A stretch of DNA of 64,000 bases from a virus, in the IMG/VR virus record IMGVR_UViG_3300036791_000399, positions 10,076 through 74,075 of that record. One strand, 5' to 3'. Position 1 is the first letter of the stretch. Each line of letters begins with the position of its first letter. The notes under the pieces are model-generated. The model saw only the letters and a list, made by a program, of their open reading frames with translations, had not been told where the DNA came from and did not search any database. Shown one piece after another: positions 45,213 through 54,844 of this stretch. The translations under genes were made by a program, and so were the position numbers.

Positions 45213-45826
45213 GCGCGCTCGTTGACCTGACTGGACGGCGATTTTATAAATGGACGGTTCTCAATCGCCACGATGCGAAGTGTGGCCAAGCACTTCTCTG
45301 GGTATGCGTGTGTGATTGCGGCGTAAAGCGCCCAGTTCTTGGCAATTCATTACGGCGCGGCAAATCGACAAATTGTGGCTGCATACAGTACGCACAGCTT
45401 TCTATACGTCAAAGAAAGCATGGGTACTGCGAGCGAGGCCATAACAGTCGCGCGTATACACTTTGGCGGCACATCAATCAGCGTTGCTATAATCCCCGTT
45501 GCAAGGACTATCCATACTACGGCGGGCGGGGGATCGCGGTTTGCGATCGATGGCGCTCCTTTGAATCTTTTTATGCTGATGTCGGCGATCCGCCGCCAGA
45601 TCTAACTTTAGACCGCGAAGATAACGATGGCGATTATGAGCCAGGAAATTGGCGCTGGGCGACCCGGTATCAACAGGCCCACAACAGACGGAAGCCTAAG
45701 AAGACTGGGCCAATGCCATCTGAAACTCGCGCTAAACTTTCAGCGGCTCTCAAGGGCCGGATACGTTCGCCGGAGCATTGCGCGAACATAAGCGCGGCCA
45801 AGAGACAAGCAGGCAGTCGGGCATGA
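45209..45826 (+). CDS. HNH-type homing endonuclease with NUMOD3-like tail
   Basis: WVCVCDCG, YGGRGIAVCDRW, LDREDNDGDYEPGNWRW, SETRAKLSAALKG; ATGA coupling. Confidence 0.85.
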   Translation: MSALVDLTGRRFYKWTVLNRHDAKCGQALLWVCVCDCGVKRPVLGNSLRRGKSTNCGCIQYAQLSIRQRKHGYCERGHNSRAYTLWRHINQRCYNPRCKDYPYYGGRGIAVCDRWRSFESFYADVGDPPPDLTLDREDNDGDYEPGNWRWATRYQQAHNRRKPKKTGPMPSETRAKLSAALKGRIRSPEHCANISAAKRQAGSRA

Positions 45827-46134
45827 CCACGACAGCATTCGAGACGATGATCGGCGAAGCCGTCCTGGCCCATGTCAGGGACGCTGTCCTAAAAGTAATT
45901 GTGGACAAGCGCGCCTTCGCGGAGTCCTCGGCGGCGGTCGGGGGGACTCCGCTTAACGGCGAAGAGCTAAGTGAGCTTCGGGCGCTGGGCGCCGCAGCCG
46001 ATTGCATCCAGTTCGCCTTGAGCGCGGGCCAGGACGCCAAGACCAAAGGCAAGTCCGCCCCCGAATGGGTTGTTCGCATGGCGGCGCAGGCGCGCTGCGC
46101 TCTTATTGAGGAAACCGCCCAGGACGAAGCTTGA
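45823..46134 (+). CDS. hypothetical protein
   Basis: ATGA-coupled ORF. Confidence 0.55.
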   Translation: MTTTAFETMIGEAVLAHVRDAVLKVIVDKRAFAESSAAVGGTPLNGEELSELRALGAAADCIQFALSAGQDAKTKGKSAPEWVVRMAAQARCALIEETAQDEA

Positions 46135-46151
46135 TTTGACGAAGGCTGGAG

Positions 46152-47360
46152 ATGGCGGCGTTCGCGAGTCAGGGGGCATGGAACCAATGGATCGACCAGG
46201 GTCGCTCCGCCGACATCCTGGCTATCGCCCAGTCTTTCGGCGCGCGGCTCAAGAAAGCAGGCACCGCTGAATTTGTAGGGCCCTGCCCGCTCTGCAGCGG
46301 CACTGACCGGTTCTCGATCAACAGCAAGAAGAAGGTCTGCAACTGTCGGGGCTGCGGCCTCAAGGGCGACGTAATCGCCTTCGTCGAGGGGATGACGGGC
46401 GCCTCGTTCATTGAAGCCGTTGAACGCATCACCGGCACGCCCAGGCCTGACCGCTCACGCGACGAGACGCTGGAGGAGCGCAATGCGCGGCTGGCCAAGA
46501 ACGCCGCTCGTCTCTCCGACTTCCAGAAGCGCGAGGAGGCGGAGCGCGCGGCCGAGGCGGCCAAGGCCAAGCGCGACGAGGAAGTCATCACCAAAGTGCT
46601 CGACCGGGCTCAGCCGCTCGCTGAGACGCTTGGCGAGGCCTATCTGCGCGGGCGCGGCCTCACGCCGCATAAGCGGTTCACGGGCGATATCCGCTTCGTC
46701 CCGGAACTCGATTACTGGGGCGCGACCGACAATGGCACCCGGTCGATCATTCACCTCGCCACCCTGCCCGCGATCGTCGCCATCATTCGCGATTTCAGCG
46801 GCGCCATCATTGGCTTGAGCCAGACCTATCTCGACCCCCAGGAGCCCCGGAAATGGACGCCGACGGGTTCGCCGTCCAACAGCCCGACGAAGATCAGGGG
46901 CGAGAAGAAGGGCGGCATGATCAGGCTCGGGCGGATCGGCGCGACCCTGGCGATCGGCGAAGGGTGGGCGAACTGCCTCGCCTTCCATCAACTCGGCTTC
47001 GGGCCCGAGGATCTCACCCTGGCGGCCGCTGTCGACCTCGGAAACCTCGCGGGCGGCGCCACGGGCCCCTGGGGTCATCCCGTCGCCAAGGACGCCGACG
47101 GTCGGCAGGTGCGAATGAAGAACGGGATCCCAGATATGCAATCCCCAGGAATCATTCTCCCGGAGGGGATCACCTCGATTATCATCCTCGCGGATCTCGA
47201 CAGCGAGAGCTATAGCACTGCGGCGCAGTTGCGCACCGCGGGCAATCGATTCCGAAACATGGGTATTGCGGTCGAGGTCGCATGGCCAAGCGCGGGCAAG
47301 GATTGGAATGACGTTCTTATAAGTCAGGAGGGGAGCATTGGCGGCTCCGCTAACCCTTGA
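46152..47360 (+). CDS. DNA primase (zinc-binding domain plus Toprim)
   Basis: GPCPLCSGTDRF..CRGC..GD; YLRGRG; IGEG; ILADLD; GKDWND. Confidence 0.85.
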   Translation: MAAFASQGAWNQWIDQGRSADILAIAQSFGARLKKAGTAEFVGPCPLCSGTDRFSINSKKKVCNCRGCGLKGDVIAFVEGMTGASFIEAVERITGTPRPDRSRDETLEERNARLAKNAARLSDFQKREEAERAAEAAKAKRDEEVITKVLDRAQPLAETLGEAYLRGRGLTPHKRFTGDIRFVPELDYWGATDNGTRSIIHLATLPAIVAIIRDFSGAIIGLSQTYLDPQEPRKWTPTGSPSNSPTKIRGEKKGGMIRLGRIGATLAIGEGWANCLAFHQLGFGPEDLTLAAAVDLGNLAGGATGPWGHPVAKDADGRQVRMKNGIPDMQSPGIILPEGITSIIILADLDSESYSTAAQLRTAGNRFRNMGIAVEVAWPSAGKDWNDVLISQEGSIGGSANP

Positions 47361-48654
47361 GCATCCCTATCTCACCATTGAATCCTTCGACGATTTCCTC
47401 AAGCGCACCGACTGGATTTTCCAGCCAGCGGTCAAAAGCCGCTTCGGCGCCATCAGCCTCGACCAGTTAGACGACGCCGGGGTCGAGCACGACTGGCTCG
47501 TCTCGGGCTGGCTGTCGAGCCGCGACCGCTCGGTCCTGGCTGGCGATTCAAAGGCAGGCAAAAGCTTCTTCGCCCTGGAGACGGCGCTGTGCGTCGCGTT
47601 CGGCCGCGACCTGTTCGGGCTCCCCACCAAAAGAGGCGGGGTCATCTATCAGGTCGGCGAAGGCCTGGGCGGCTTCAAAAAGCGGCTGCGCGCGTGGCGG
47701 TCGTATTACGGGGTCGAGTTCACCCGTGAGATCCCGTTCCGTCTCTTCCAGCGCGGGATCGACATCTATCGCGACTTCGATCAGGTCGACGCTTTGATCG
47801 AGGAGATCCTCGCCCATGCGGCGCTGTTCGACGGGCCGCTCCGGCTGGTGGTGATCGACACCCTGGCGAAAGCCAGCATCGGCGCCGACGAGAATGCCGT
47901 GAAGGACATGGGCATCGTGATGAAAAACGTCGAGCGCATCAACGAGCGCACGGGCGCCCATGTGATGCTCGTGCATCATTTGACGAAGGGCGGCGTCGTG
48001 CGCGGCTCGACCTCCGTCTATGCCGGCGTCGATCAGGTGCTGCTGCTCACCCGCGACGAGCAAACCAAAATGCGGACGCTGAGCCTCGACAAGCAGAAAG
48101 ACGACGACGAGGGGGTCGCGCTCAATTTCGAACTGGAGAAGGTCGTCCTGGGCCAGGACGAGGACGGGCGGCAAGTGACCTCCTGCGTCTGCCTTGCGGT
48201 CAGCGAGCGCGAGCGGGTGCGGCGCGAGGAGGAACTCCGGGGGCTGAGACTCTCGACCGCGCTTGAGGTGTTCCTCAAGGCGTTTTTCGAGACGGAGCGG
48301 CGCTATGGGATGCCGGTCCCGGCCGCCCTGGACGTGCCGAGCAAAGTTCGTACGATCGTGTACTGGGAGGATTTCAAGCGCGTCTACGGCGACATCTCGC
48401 CAGCCGATACTCTGACCCGCGAGGAACTGACGACCGAGGAACAGGCGAAGGCGCTCGATCGGCATTACGAGAAAATGAAGAGCCGGGTGCGCCGATTCCG
48501 CGAGGAGACGATCGCCCAGGGCATTCTTGGGTTTGGGCAGTTTGAGGATAAGGCTGTGTGCTGGTGGACGGGAAAGCCACTGCGAGCCTTCCCGCACACG
48601 CAGCCGACGCAAGAGCGGGACAAAGACGACCCGGCGCTGGCGATCGAGTTCTAA
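47338..48654 (+). CDS. RepA/AAA_25-type replicative helicase
   Basis: Walker A GDSKAGKS, Walker B LVVIDT, VHH..K..RGS, KQKD. Confidence 0.88.
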   Translation: MAAPLTLEHPYLTIESFDDFLKRTDWIFQPAVKSRFGAISLDQLDDAGVEHDWLVSGWLSSRDRSVLAGDSKAGKSFFALETALCVAFGRDLFGLPTKRGGVIYQVGEGLGGFKKRLRAWRSYYGVEFTREIPFRLFQRGIDIYRDFDQVDALIEEILAHAALFDGPLRLVVIDTLAKASIGADENAVKDMGIVMKNVERINERTGAHVMLVHHLTKGGVVRGSTSVYAGVDQVLLLTRDEQTKMRTLSLDKQKDDDEGVALNFELEKVVLGQDEDGRQVTSCVCLAVSERERVRREEELRGLRLSTALEVFLKAFFETERRYGMPVPAALDVPSKVRTIVYWEDFKRVYGDISPADTLTREELTTEEQAKALDRHYEKMKSRVRRFREETIAQGILGFGQFEDKAVCWWTGKPLRAFPHTQPTQERDKDDPALAIEF

Positions 48655-49112
48655 AGATCACATGGGCGCAACAAGTCATCAAGCCGCTCGCCAAGGGTGA
48701 AGGTCATTTCATAGTCCGCGAATACGAGGTCGCCTTCGAAGCGGCGCATCTCGCGCCCCGCTGGCAGCACGGCCGCCTTCGACGCTTCCCATAAGCCAGC
48801 GTACGGCGAGCGTTGACCCCGTGGCTTGTAACGCTTGATCACGCGCTCGCCGCCGCCGTTCCGAGTCACATAGTCGTAGGAAAGAACGACGAGGCCAGTG
48901 GCGTTGATGCGCTCAGCCTCCCAAAGCTTGCGGGCCAGAACCTCATCGAAGCGGTGCCCCTTGCTGATCGGTTGGTGGTATTCGTCGCCGGGTTGGGGCG
49001 GTAGTGGCGGCATATAGCTCGCGGAGTAATGGAGGACCGCGATCTCGGCGCCTTCCTCAAGGCCTTCGACATCGACGTGCCATTTGCCGATATAGCCGTG
49101 AACGATTTTCAT
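48651..49112 (-). CDS. hypothetical protein
   Basis: Coupled to the upstream ORF (ATGA). Confidence 0.55.
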   Translation of the reverse strand: MKIVHGYIGKWHVDVEGLEEGAEIAVLHYSASYMPPLPPQPGDEYHQPISKGHRFDEVLARKLWEAERINATGLVVLSYDYVTRNGGGERVIKRYKPRGQRSPYAGLWEASKAAVLPAGREMRRFEGDLVFADYEMTFTLGERLDDLLRPCDL

Positions 49113-49678
49113 GACTGCTTAGTCAGTTGCAGCTTTTTGGCGTTGAACAGCCGGAAGCCCTCGGCCCGCGTTTCTGCACTGGCGGAGTTGTCCGGATGCA
49201 GGCTCATCACGATCATCTTGAACTGCTCGACAGTGAAGATGGCGCGGTGGCGATCGATCAGAGTCTCATAGTGCTGCATCTTTTCGAAGGCCTCTTTCTC
49301 CATTTGCTCCAGGCGCGCGAGATAGGCTTTGCCATCCTTGAGCACGCGCTGGCGGACCTCTTCGTCGATCTGGTGCATACGGGCGGCGAAGGCGGCTTTG
49401 ACCCGACGTTCACTTTGGCGCTTGGCGGCGTCGATATGTTCTTGCTGCGCCTTGTTGAACTTGACCGAAGCGACCTGTGCATCGTCCTTGGCCCGCGCCT
49501 GATCTTCTAACGCGCTAGCAACCTCGAATATGTAGTGGCTACCAATGTCGGGGTGCTCCTCGGCGAGCTTGCGCGCGTTGACCGGCTTTCCTTGGTCGAG
49601 CCTTTCGCGGACCTTGTCGCGCGCCTTGTCGCGCTGGGCTGATCCGCGCTTGGGCGCGCTCCGAGCCATAACGTCCAT
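49109..49678 (-). CDS. coiled-coil protein with C-terminal HPD (J-domain-like) segment
   Basis: FKMIVMSLHPDNS..AEGFRLFN; GGAG RBS. Confidence 0.6.
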   Translation of the reverse strand: MDVMARSAPKRGSAQRDKARDKVRERLDQGKPVNARKLAEEHPDIGSHYIFEVASALEDQARAKDDAQVASVKFNKAQQEHIDAAKRQSERRVKAAFAARMHQIDEEVRQRVLKDGKAYLARLEQMEKEAFEKMQHYETLIDRHRAIFTVEQFKMIVMSLHPDNSASAETRAEGFRLFNAKKLQLTKQS

Positions 49679-49699
49679 TTCGTGATTTCTCCAGGCAGC

Positions 49700-49736
49700 A
49701 AAAAGGGGCCGAGAAAGTCTAAACTTCCTCGACCCC
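49700..49736 (-). terminator. Rho-independent terminator
   Basis: GGGGTCGAGGAAG-loop-CTTTCTCGGCCCC-TTTTT on the minus strand. Confidence 0.7.
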
Positions 49737-49741
49737 GAGAT

Positions 49742-50131
49742 TTACTCAGCCGCTGTGGCTGAGATGGCGGCCTTCTGGCGAGCCTCAATGCGGCGAGCGC
49801 GGCGGCTGAGATTGCGCTCTTTCATCCAGTTGCTGATCGCTTTGGCGATCTTCGCGTAGTCATGGCGCTCAACAGTGGCGTTAACCTTATTGAGCGCCTT
49901 GACGACCTCATCGACGAGCGCCTTCTCGTCGAACGCGACTCGGCCATAGACGGACGTCTCATTGTTGACGCCGTCCATCAACTGGCGCACCTCGGGATTG
50001 GCATAAAGCCCATTCTCCAAGATGTCGCGAACACGCGGCAGCCAATGAAGCTGCTTCTTCTCGCGCGGCGGCAAAACATCCGGCAACTCGCGCAAATGCG
50101 GCCGGAGCGACACAACGCTTCCCATAGGCAT
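49742..50131 (-). CDS. hypothetical protein
   Basis: AAGGAG RBS before ATG 50131. Confidence 0.6.
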   Translation of the reverse strand: MPMGSVVSLRPHLRELPDVLPPREKKQLHWLPRVRDILENGLYANPEVRQLMDGVNNETSVYGRVAFDEKALVDEVVKALNKVNATVERHDYAKIAKAISNWMKERNLSRRARRIEARQKAAISATAAE

Positions 50132-50189
50132 ACTCCTTCCCCCCGCTTGGGGGCTTGCGAACTTGGACAGTGCCAAGTCGCGAATCGAA

Positions 50190-50216
50190 TGTCGCAAATA
50201 GTGCGACTGGCGTCAA
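50190..50216 (-). promoter_or_regulatory. leftward promoter with embedded operator
   Basis: TTGACG-cc-AGTCGC-N7-GCGACA; same geometry as 57839-65 and 59201-27. Confidence 0.65.
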
Positions 50217-50323
50217 GCGGCGTGAAGTGGCGCTTTTGTGTGGAAAGATTCTGAGTCGCCCTTGCGCGAAATCCCCCCTGGCGAGGTATTGTCATGGCGT
50301 CTCATGCCCGAGAGTGCAGCCAT

Positions 50324-50518
50324 ATGCCACGTTTGAAACCCCGCGAACCGACGCAGCGCGTCACCGTCCGAATCAGCGAGGCAGCGAGAATGCTGGACGT
50401 CAGCGTCACCACGATTCGCCGCTGGCTCGCCAACGGCACGCTGCGCGCGATCGAGATCCCCGGCGCCGAGCGCAAGGTCGACGTCGCCAGCATTGAAAAG
50501 TTGTTGAAGCCGAAATGA
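50324..50518 (+). CDS. excisionase-like HTH (MerR/HTH_17 type)
   Basis: ISEAARMLDVSVTTIRRW..G.L; near the integrase. Confidence 0.75.
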   Translation: MPRLKPREPTQRVTVRISEAARMLDVSVTTIRRWLANGTLRAIEIPGAERKVDVASIEKLLKPK

Positions 50519-50724
50519 ACGAGGAACTGAAGCTCAAGCGCTACCTTGGCGACGGGGTTTACGCGGGTTTTGACGGGTATCAGATTTGGGTCTGGGCCGA
50601 GCGCTGCGGTTTCACCCACGCCATCGCCTTTGAAGCCGAGACTTTGGCGTCGCTGGCCAAGTACACGGCTGACCTCAAGCACATGGCCCATGACGCTGAG
50701 AGTTTGAACCGAGAGCAAATATGA
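50515..50724 (+). CDS. small phage protein
   Basis: YLGDGVYA.FDGYQI; ATGA coupling. Confidence 0.65.
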   Translation: MNEELKLKRYLGDGVYAGFDGYQIWVWAERCGFTHAIAFEAETLASLAKYTADLKHMAHDAESLNREQI

Positions 50725-51013
50725 GAGGCGGCACGGTAAATTCCTGACTGGGGTATTCTCCGGGGTACAGCGCCGCGAATCCTGTACCCCGCCCTCTTTT
50801 CTCCTGACATTTCCGATAGTTCTGTGGACGTTTATCCCGTCGCCCAGGGCGTCTACATACGCCCCAGGCGGCGTATGGTGGCGCGTCATGGCGCACTAAC
50901 TCCTTGACATTGCTATTATCGGGCCGTAAACGTGTTGTCACTGAACACCACCTTACGTTACTGGACGCCACTTTCTGGGGGACAGGGCGGGGGACAGAAC
51001 CGGGAGCCGAACA
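50725..51013. other. probable attP region with arm-type repeats
   Basis: GGGGTAT/GGGGTACAG at 50750 and 50762, inverted CTGTACCCC at 50782, GGGGGACAG twice at 50977 and 50989 (12-bp spacing on both sides); directly upstream of the integrase. Confidence 0.6.
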
Positions 51014-52255
51014 ATGGATCAGAGCATCAACAGACTGACAGACCGCCAAGTGCGCGAGGCCAGCGAAGGCAGGCACGCTGATGGCGGCTACCTCTTCCTT
51101 GTCGTTCGTGGCGCTAGCAAAAGCTGGGTTGTTCGCGGCCCGCGCACCAATGGCAAGCGCATCGAGGCGGGCCTGGGGAGCGTCGATCACGTCTCCCTGG
51201 CCAACGCGCGTCGCAAGCGCGACGAGCTTCTCGGGCAGATCCGCGACGGGCTCGATCCCATCGAGGAGAAGCGCAAGGCGGTCGAGGCCCAGGCGCGTCG
51301 CAAGACCTTCGCCCAGGTCGCCCAGGACGTGATCACGAACAACGTCGGCGCGTGGAAGGTCAACGAGCTAAAGGGCGTTAAAGCAACCCTCGGCAATTGG
51401 CAGCGCGACCTCCTGGTCGTCTGCAAGCCGCTCGCGGCCAAGCCCATTGACGAGATCGGGCTCGACGATATCCGCCCGATCGTGATGCCCATCTATCAGG
51501 CTGAGCATGACGATACAGCGAGGGCATTGCTCAACCGGCTTGAAACGGTGTTCGACTATGCCGTCGTCTCCGGCTGGCGCACCGCAGCCAACCCGGCCAC
51601 GAGCAAGATCTGGAAGCTGCTTGCGCCGAAGCGTGCGAAGGTCGAGGCCGAGGACGAGCCGCATCACGCCGCAGTGCCCTGGCAGGACGCGCCCGCGGCT
51701 CTTGCCAAGGTCCGCGCCTCCGACGTCGTCTCCGCTCGCTTGGCTGAGTTCGTGATCCTCACTGCAACGCGCAGCCAGGAGGCCCGTGGCGCCCGCTGGG
51801 ACGAGATCGACCTCGACCGCAAGGTCTGGACGGTCCCCGGCTCGCGCATGAAGATGAGCCGCGACCATGAGGTGCCGCTCTCCGACGCGGCGATCGAGAT
51901 CCTGGGGCGCATTGAGCGCACGAGCGAGTTCGTGTTCGTCGGCGGCCGCGGCGAGGCTGCGCAGGCCCAGGGCGCACCGATGAGCCATCCGGGGCTGTGG
52001 GCGTTCGTCAACCGCGCGACCGGCGCGACCGTCCATGGCTGGCGGAGCGTGTTCAAGGACTGGGCCGACAATCACGGCGTCGCCGACAAGCTCAGCGAGA
52101 AATGCCTCGCCCACCTGGAGAAGGACAAAGTGAAGCGCGCCTATGCCCGCGACCAATTGACGGAACTGCGCCGGCCGGTGATGGCTGCTTGGGCTATGTT
52201 CCTCGACGGCGTCGTGGCGCCAGACAACGTCGTGCCTCTGCCGAAGGTGGCGTGA
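51014..52255 (+). CDS. int: tyrosine integrase, P4-like with arm-binding domain
   Basis: GRHADGGYLFLVV; catalytic R (ATRSQE), K, HGWR, LAH, RAY. Confidence 0.93.
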   Translation: MDQSINRLTDRQVREASEGRHADGGYLFLVVRGASKSWVVRGPRTNGKRIEAGLGSVDHVSLANARRKRDELLGQIRDGLDPIEEKRKAVEAQARRKTFAQVAQDVITNNVGAWKVNELKGVKATLGNWQRDLLVVCKPLAAKPIDEIGLDDIRPIVMPIYQAEHDDTARALLNRLETVFDYAVVSGWRTAANPATSKIWKLLAPKRAKVEAEDEPHHAAVPWQDAPAALAKVRASDVVSARLAEFVILTATRSQEARGARWDEIDLDRKVWTVPGSRMKMSRDHEVPLSDAAIEILGRIERTSEFVFVGGRGEAAQAQGAPMSHPGLWAFVNRATGATVHGWRSVFKDWADNHGVADKLSEKCLAHLEKDKVKRAYARDQLTELRRPVMAAWAMFLDGVVAPDNVVPLPKVA

Positions 52256-52765
52256 TTGGGCAAGCGCTCAGACTTCGCTCGGATCGACCGGGATCTCTAC
52301 AACACCCCTCCAGAGGCTGTTGCGCCGCTCCTACGCTGCCTTCAGCCTCAGACCCGGTTCTGGGAGCCATGCTACGGCGAAGGGTGGCTGGCGGCCGTCC
52401 TAAAGGCTGTGGGGCACCGGTTCCTCGGCGGCTTCGATCTGCCGATCGATGCGCGGTCCCACCGCTACGGCGAACTGGCCCCAGGCGAGGTCTTCATCAC
52501 CAATCCGCCCTACTGGGGGAAGCGACGCGATCTCCACCCGCTGATCAGGAACTTGAGCGATCAGGCGCCGACGTGGCTGTTGATGAACTCTGACTGGCTG
52601 TTCAACGTCTCGTCAGGACCGTTGACACGTCGCGTGCAACGCATCATCGCGGTAGGCAGGGTGAAGTGGATCCCTGACTCACGCAACACCGGCATGGAGA
52701 ACGCCGCGTGGCTCCTGTTCGACGGCAAGGCCGAGCACAGCGGCTTCTTCGTCGGTCGGCGATAA
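52256..52765 (+). CDS. DNA amino-methyltransferase (phage type)
   Basis: DLYNTP, WEPCYGEG (motif I), ITNPPY (motif IV). Confidence 0.82.
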   Translation: MGKRSDFARIDRDLYNTPPEAVAPLLRCLQPQTRFWEPCYGEGWLAAVLKAVGHRFLGGFDLPIDARSHRYGELAPGEVFITNPPYWGKRRDLHPLIRNLSDQAPTWLLMNSDWLFNVSSGPLTRRVQRIIAVGRVKWIPDSRNTGMENAAWLLFDGKAEHSGFFVGRR

Positions 52766-52986
52766 TCGCGCTCCTGGCGGCCCTGGGAGCGGGCTGCAAC
52801 GTGATCGACCGGCCGAAGGTCGTCAGCCCACCGGACAGTGACGATCAGGTTGTAGCCCTTCCTGGAGGCGGCGCGCTGATCCTCCAGCGGGCGTTGCAAA
52901 GGCCGCAGCAGTGCCTCGTGCGCGCCCGTGCCTTTCATGGCTTGATACCGGTCGACTGCGACCTCGTGCAGCAGATCCGACCATGA
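52708..52986 (+). CDS. putative lipoprotein
   Basis: GGAGA RBS before GTG; basic N-region, IIALLAAL hydrophobic core, GAG-C lipobox-like site. Confidence 0.55.
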   Translation: MAPVRRQGRAQRLLRRSAIIALLAALGAGCNVIDRPKVVSPPDSDDQVVALPGGGALILQRALQRPQQCLVRARAFHGLIPVDCDLVQQIRP

Positions 52987-53531
52987 GGGAGCCGATCTGG
53001 ATCACGCTACCCGATTGGGTCATCGAGTACGCCGACAATGTCGCGGCGCTTCGACAAGCGACGGCTTTCTTTAATGGGCGTCAGAACGCTAACGGTCTGA
53101 CTGGAAGTTTCGACGAGCTTTTGTGGTTTCACCGCCGAGGCACTCGCTGTGAAGCGGTGGGCAAACTGTACATGAACCCGATCGTCTGGCACGCCTTCGC
53201 TGAAAGGATCACAGGCCTTCCCGACCTCGGCGACTTCATCGATGTCAAGGGGCGACGCCTCTGGCGGCACAAGATGCTCGTGCAATTGGACGACGAAGAC
53301 AATTTCGCCTTTCTCTCTGTCTGCTCCGAACAGCATCCTGACTATGCGATTTGCGGCTGGCTCTGGGGACACGAAGCCAAGAACGATAAATTCCGAGACG
53401 ATCCGGTTGGCGGCCGACCCGCCTATTTCGTGCCGCAAAAAGAACTGCGCGACCCCGAAGAGCTTCGCTTGATCATTCACCCGCCATCGGTTGGCGCCCC
53501 CAGGAGCAACGCGGTGGGCTTGCCGGCGTAG
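52983..53531 (+). CDS. putative PD-(D/E)xK nuclease-like protein
   Basis: G..CE.., PDL..FIDVK, GW; ATGA coupling. Confidence 0.6.
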   Translation: MREPIWITLPDWVIEYADNVAALRQATAFFNGRQNANGLTGSFDELLWFHRRGTRCEAVGKLYMNPIVWHAFAERITGLPDLGDFIDVKGRRLWRHKMLVQLDDEDNFAFLSVCSEQHPDYAICGWLWGHEAKNDKFRDDPVGGRPAYFVPQKELRDPEELRLIIHPPSVGAPRSNAVGLPA

Positions 53532-53878
53532 CCGAGCTTGATCTGCTCGCGCGTCATCTCCCACACGGTCTTGCCGGTGTCTGGCATCACGATGTCGCCC
53601 ACGAAGGCCTCTTCGAAGGTGACCACCTTGGCGTCGACCGCTTCCAACTTGGCCTTGACCAGGAGAAGCAGCGTGCGCCAGCGCGAGCGCGCGGGCTGCG
53701 GGTGTTGCGGCACCAGGAGGGTGAAGCGGATATGCCGCTCGTGGGCGATGAAGCTCACCTGGGCGCGGTCGCCTTGCCAGCCGGCCGCGAAGCCCTTGGC
53801 GCCATATTTGCGCACGAGCTTCTCAATGTCGGCTTTCGTCTGCTCGACGGAAACCTTGGTGCTCGCGGCGTAGGTCAT
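53477..53878 (-). CDS. phage protein of unknown function
   Basis: YA..T.VS...K.DIE..V.KYGA..WR.L.L.VKAKLEAV..FEEAF. Confidence 0.7.
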   Translation of the reverse strand: MTYAASTKVSVEQTKADIEKLVRKYGAKGFAAGWQGDRAQVSFIAHERHIRFTLLVPQHPQPARSRWRTLLLLVKAKLEAVDAKVVTFEEAFVGDIVMPDTGKTVWEMTREQIKLGYAGKPTALLLGAPTDGG

Positions 53879-54096
53879 GACGCCAGCTTGGAAGGCGCCT
53901 TGATGGGCACTAGGCGGCCTTTCCAGCGGTAATTCGGCTCGTCGTCGCTTTCGACGGCGCGCGAGTCGGTCGGGATCGTCCAGCGCATCAAAAGGGACAG
54001 CCCAATGTTTTTCGCCTCCTCTTCAGTCGGAAAGCGCAACCCGTTGTCGTACCATTTGCCGCCGACTAGCATTTCTGGCTTCCAAGATTTGGGCAT
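53875..54096 (-). CDS. small phage protein
   Basis: SWKPE..W..N.LRF.T.EEA..R.VES.D.PNY; AAGGAG RBS. Confidence 0.7.
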   Translation of the reverse strand: MPKSWKPEMLVGGKWYDNGLRFPTEEEAKNIGLSLLMRWTIPTDSRAVESDDEPNYRWKGRLVPIKAPSKLAS

Positions 54097-54127
54097 TTCT
54101 TTTCTCCTTTTTGGCTTTTGGTGCATC

Positions 54128-54361
54128 TCAATCCCCGTCTTTCACGAGCGTGAGTTTGGGTCGTACGATTGCATCGCGGAGCAGTTCCCCCTCAAAGGCC
54201 GCCATCATGCCGCGCGTCTCCGAGAGGAAATCATGCACGAGCGCTCGCCGCAGATTTGCCGCGCGCCGCTGAATCTCGACCTCCAGGACTTCAACCGTGG
54301 CCATGTCGTTGCGCAACAGCGCAGCGTCGCGCTTGCCCAGGATCTCGTCGAACTCGCTCAT
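54128..54361 (-). CDS. hypothetical protein
   Basis: ATGA-coupled ORF. Confidence 0.55.
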   Translation of the reverse strand: MSEFDEILGKRDAALLRNDMATVEVLEVEIQRRAANLRRALVHDFLSETRGMMAAFEGELLRDAIVRPKLTLVKDGD

Positions 54362-54843
54362 TGCGCCCTCACCTCATCAAGCAAACTGTCAAATATCCCG
54401 CTGATCCGGTCCTCGTATTCGGTCATCAGCCTCAGTTCGGCGCACCTGCCTTTCTTGTCGCGAATGATCTCCCAGTGCCGGTGCAAGTGCTTGCCATAGC
54501 GGTTCGCCGCCATGGCGCAGACGCTTTCCTTGCGGTCTGGCCGCTCGCTCGGCGGCGGCCCGCGGTACTTGACGCCCTCCGGCGTCTGCCCCTCGGGCAC
54601 CTTCTCGTTCACGAACCAAGCTTCCACCAGAAGCGAGTAGGCATGGACTTGCTTCGCGCGCATCATGTTGCGCATGACCTCGATCGCGAGGTACTTTTCA
54701 TTGCCTCCGCCCCAGGGCGTGGCGACGATCTCGACGCCGTCGAGGCTGGCGAGCAGCCATTGCGGGATTAGCTCTTCCTTGGTGCCGAGGAGGATGCGCC
54801 GCGCCTGTTGCTCGGCGAGGTCAACCATTTTCTCCAGGTCCAT
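54358..54843 (-). CDS. hypothetical protein
   Basis: Start at ATG 54843; Y....EAW..PSERPDRKE pattern. Confidence 0.65.
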   Translation of the reverse strand: MDLEKMVDLAEQQARRILLGTKEELIPQWLLASLDGVEIVATPWGGGNEKYLAIEVMRNMMRAKQVHAYSLLVEAWFVNEKVPEGQTPEGVKYRGPPPSERPDRKESVCAMAANRYGKHLHRHWEIIRDKKGRCAELRLMTEYEDRISGIFDSLLDEVRAQ

Positions 54844-54844
54844 G

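Noticed and set aside
50865-50890. CGCGCCACCA (minus strand) as a tRNA 3' end or att core
   Set aside because: No upstream TTCGA T-arm; too short to support
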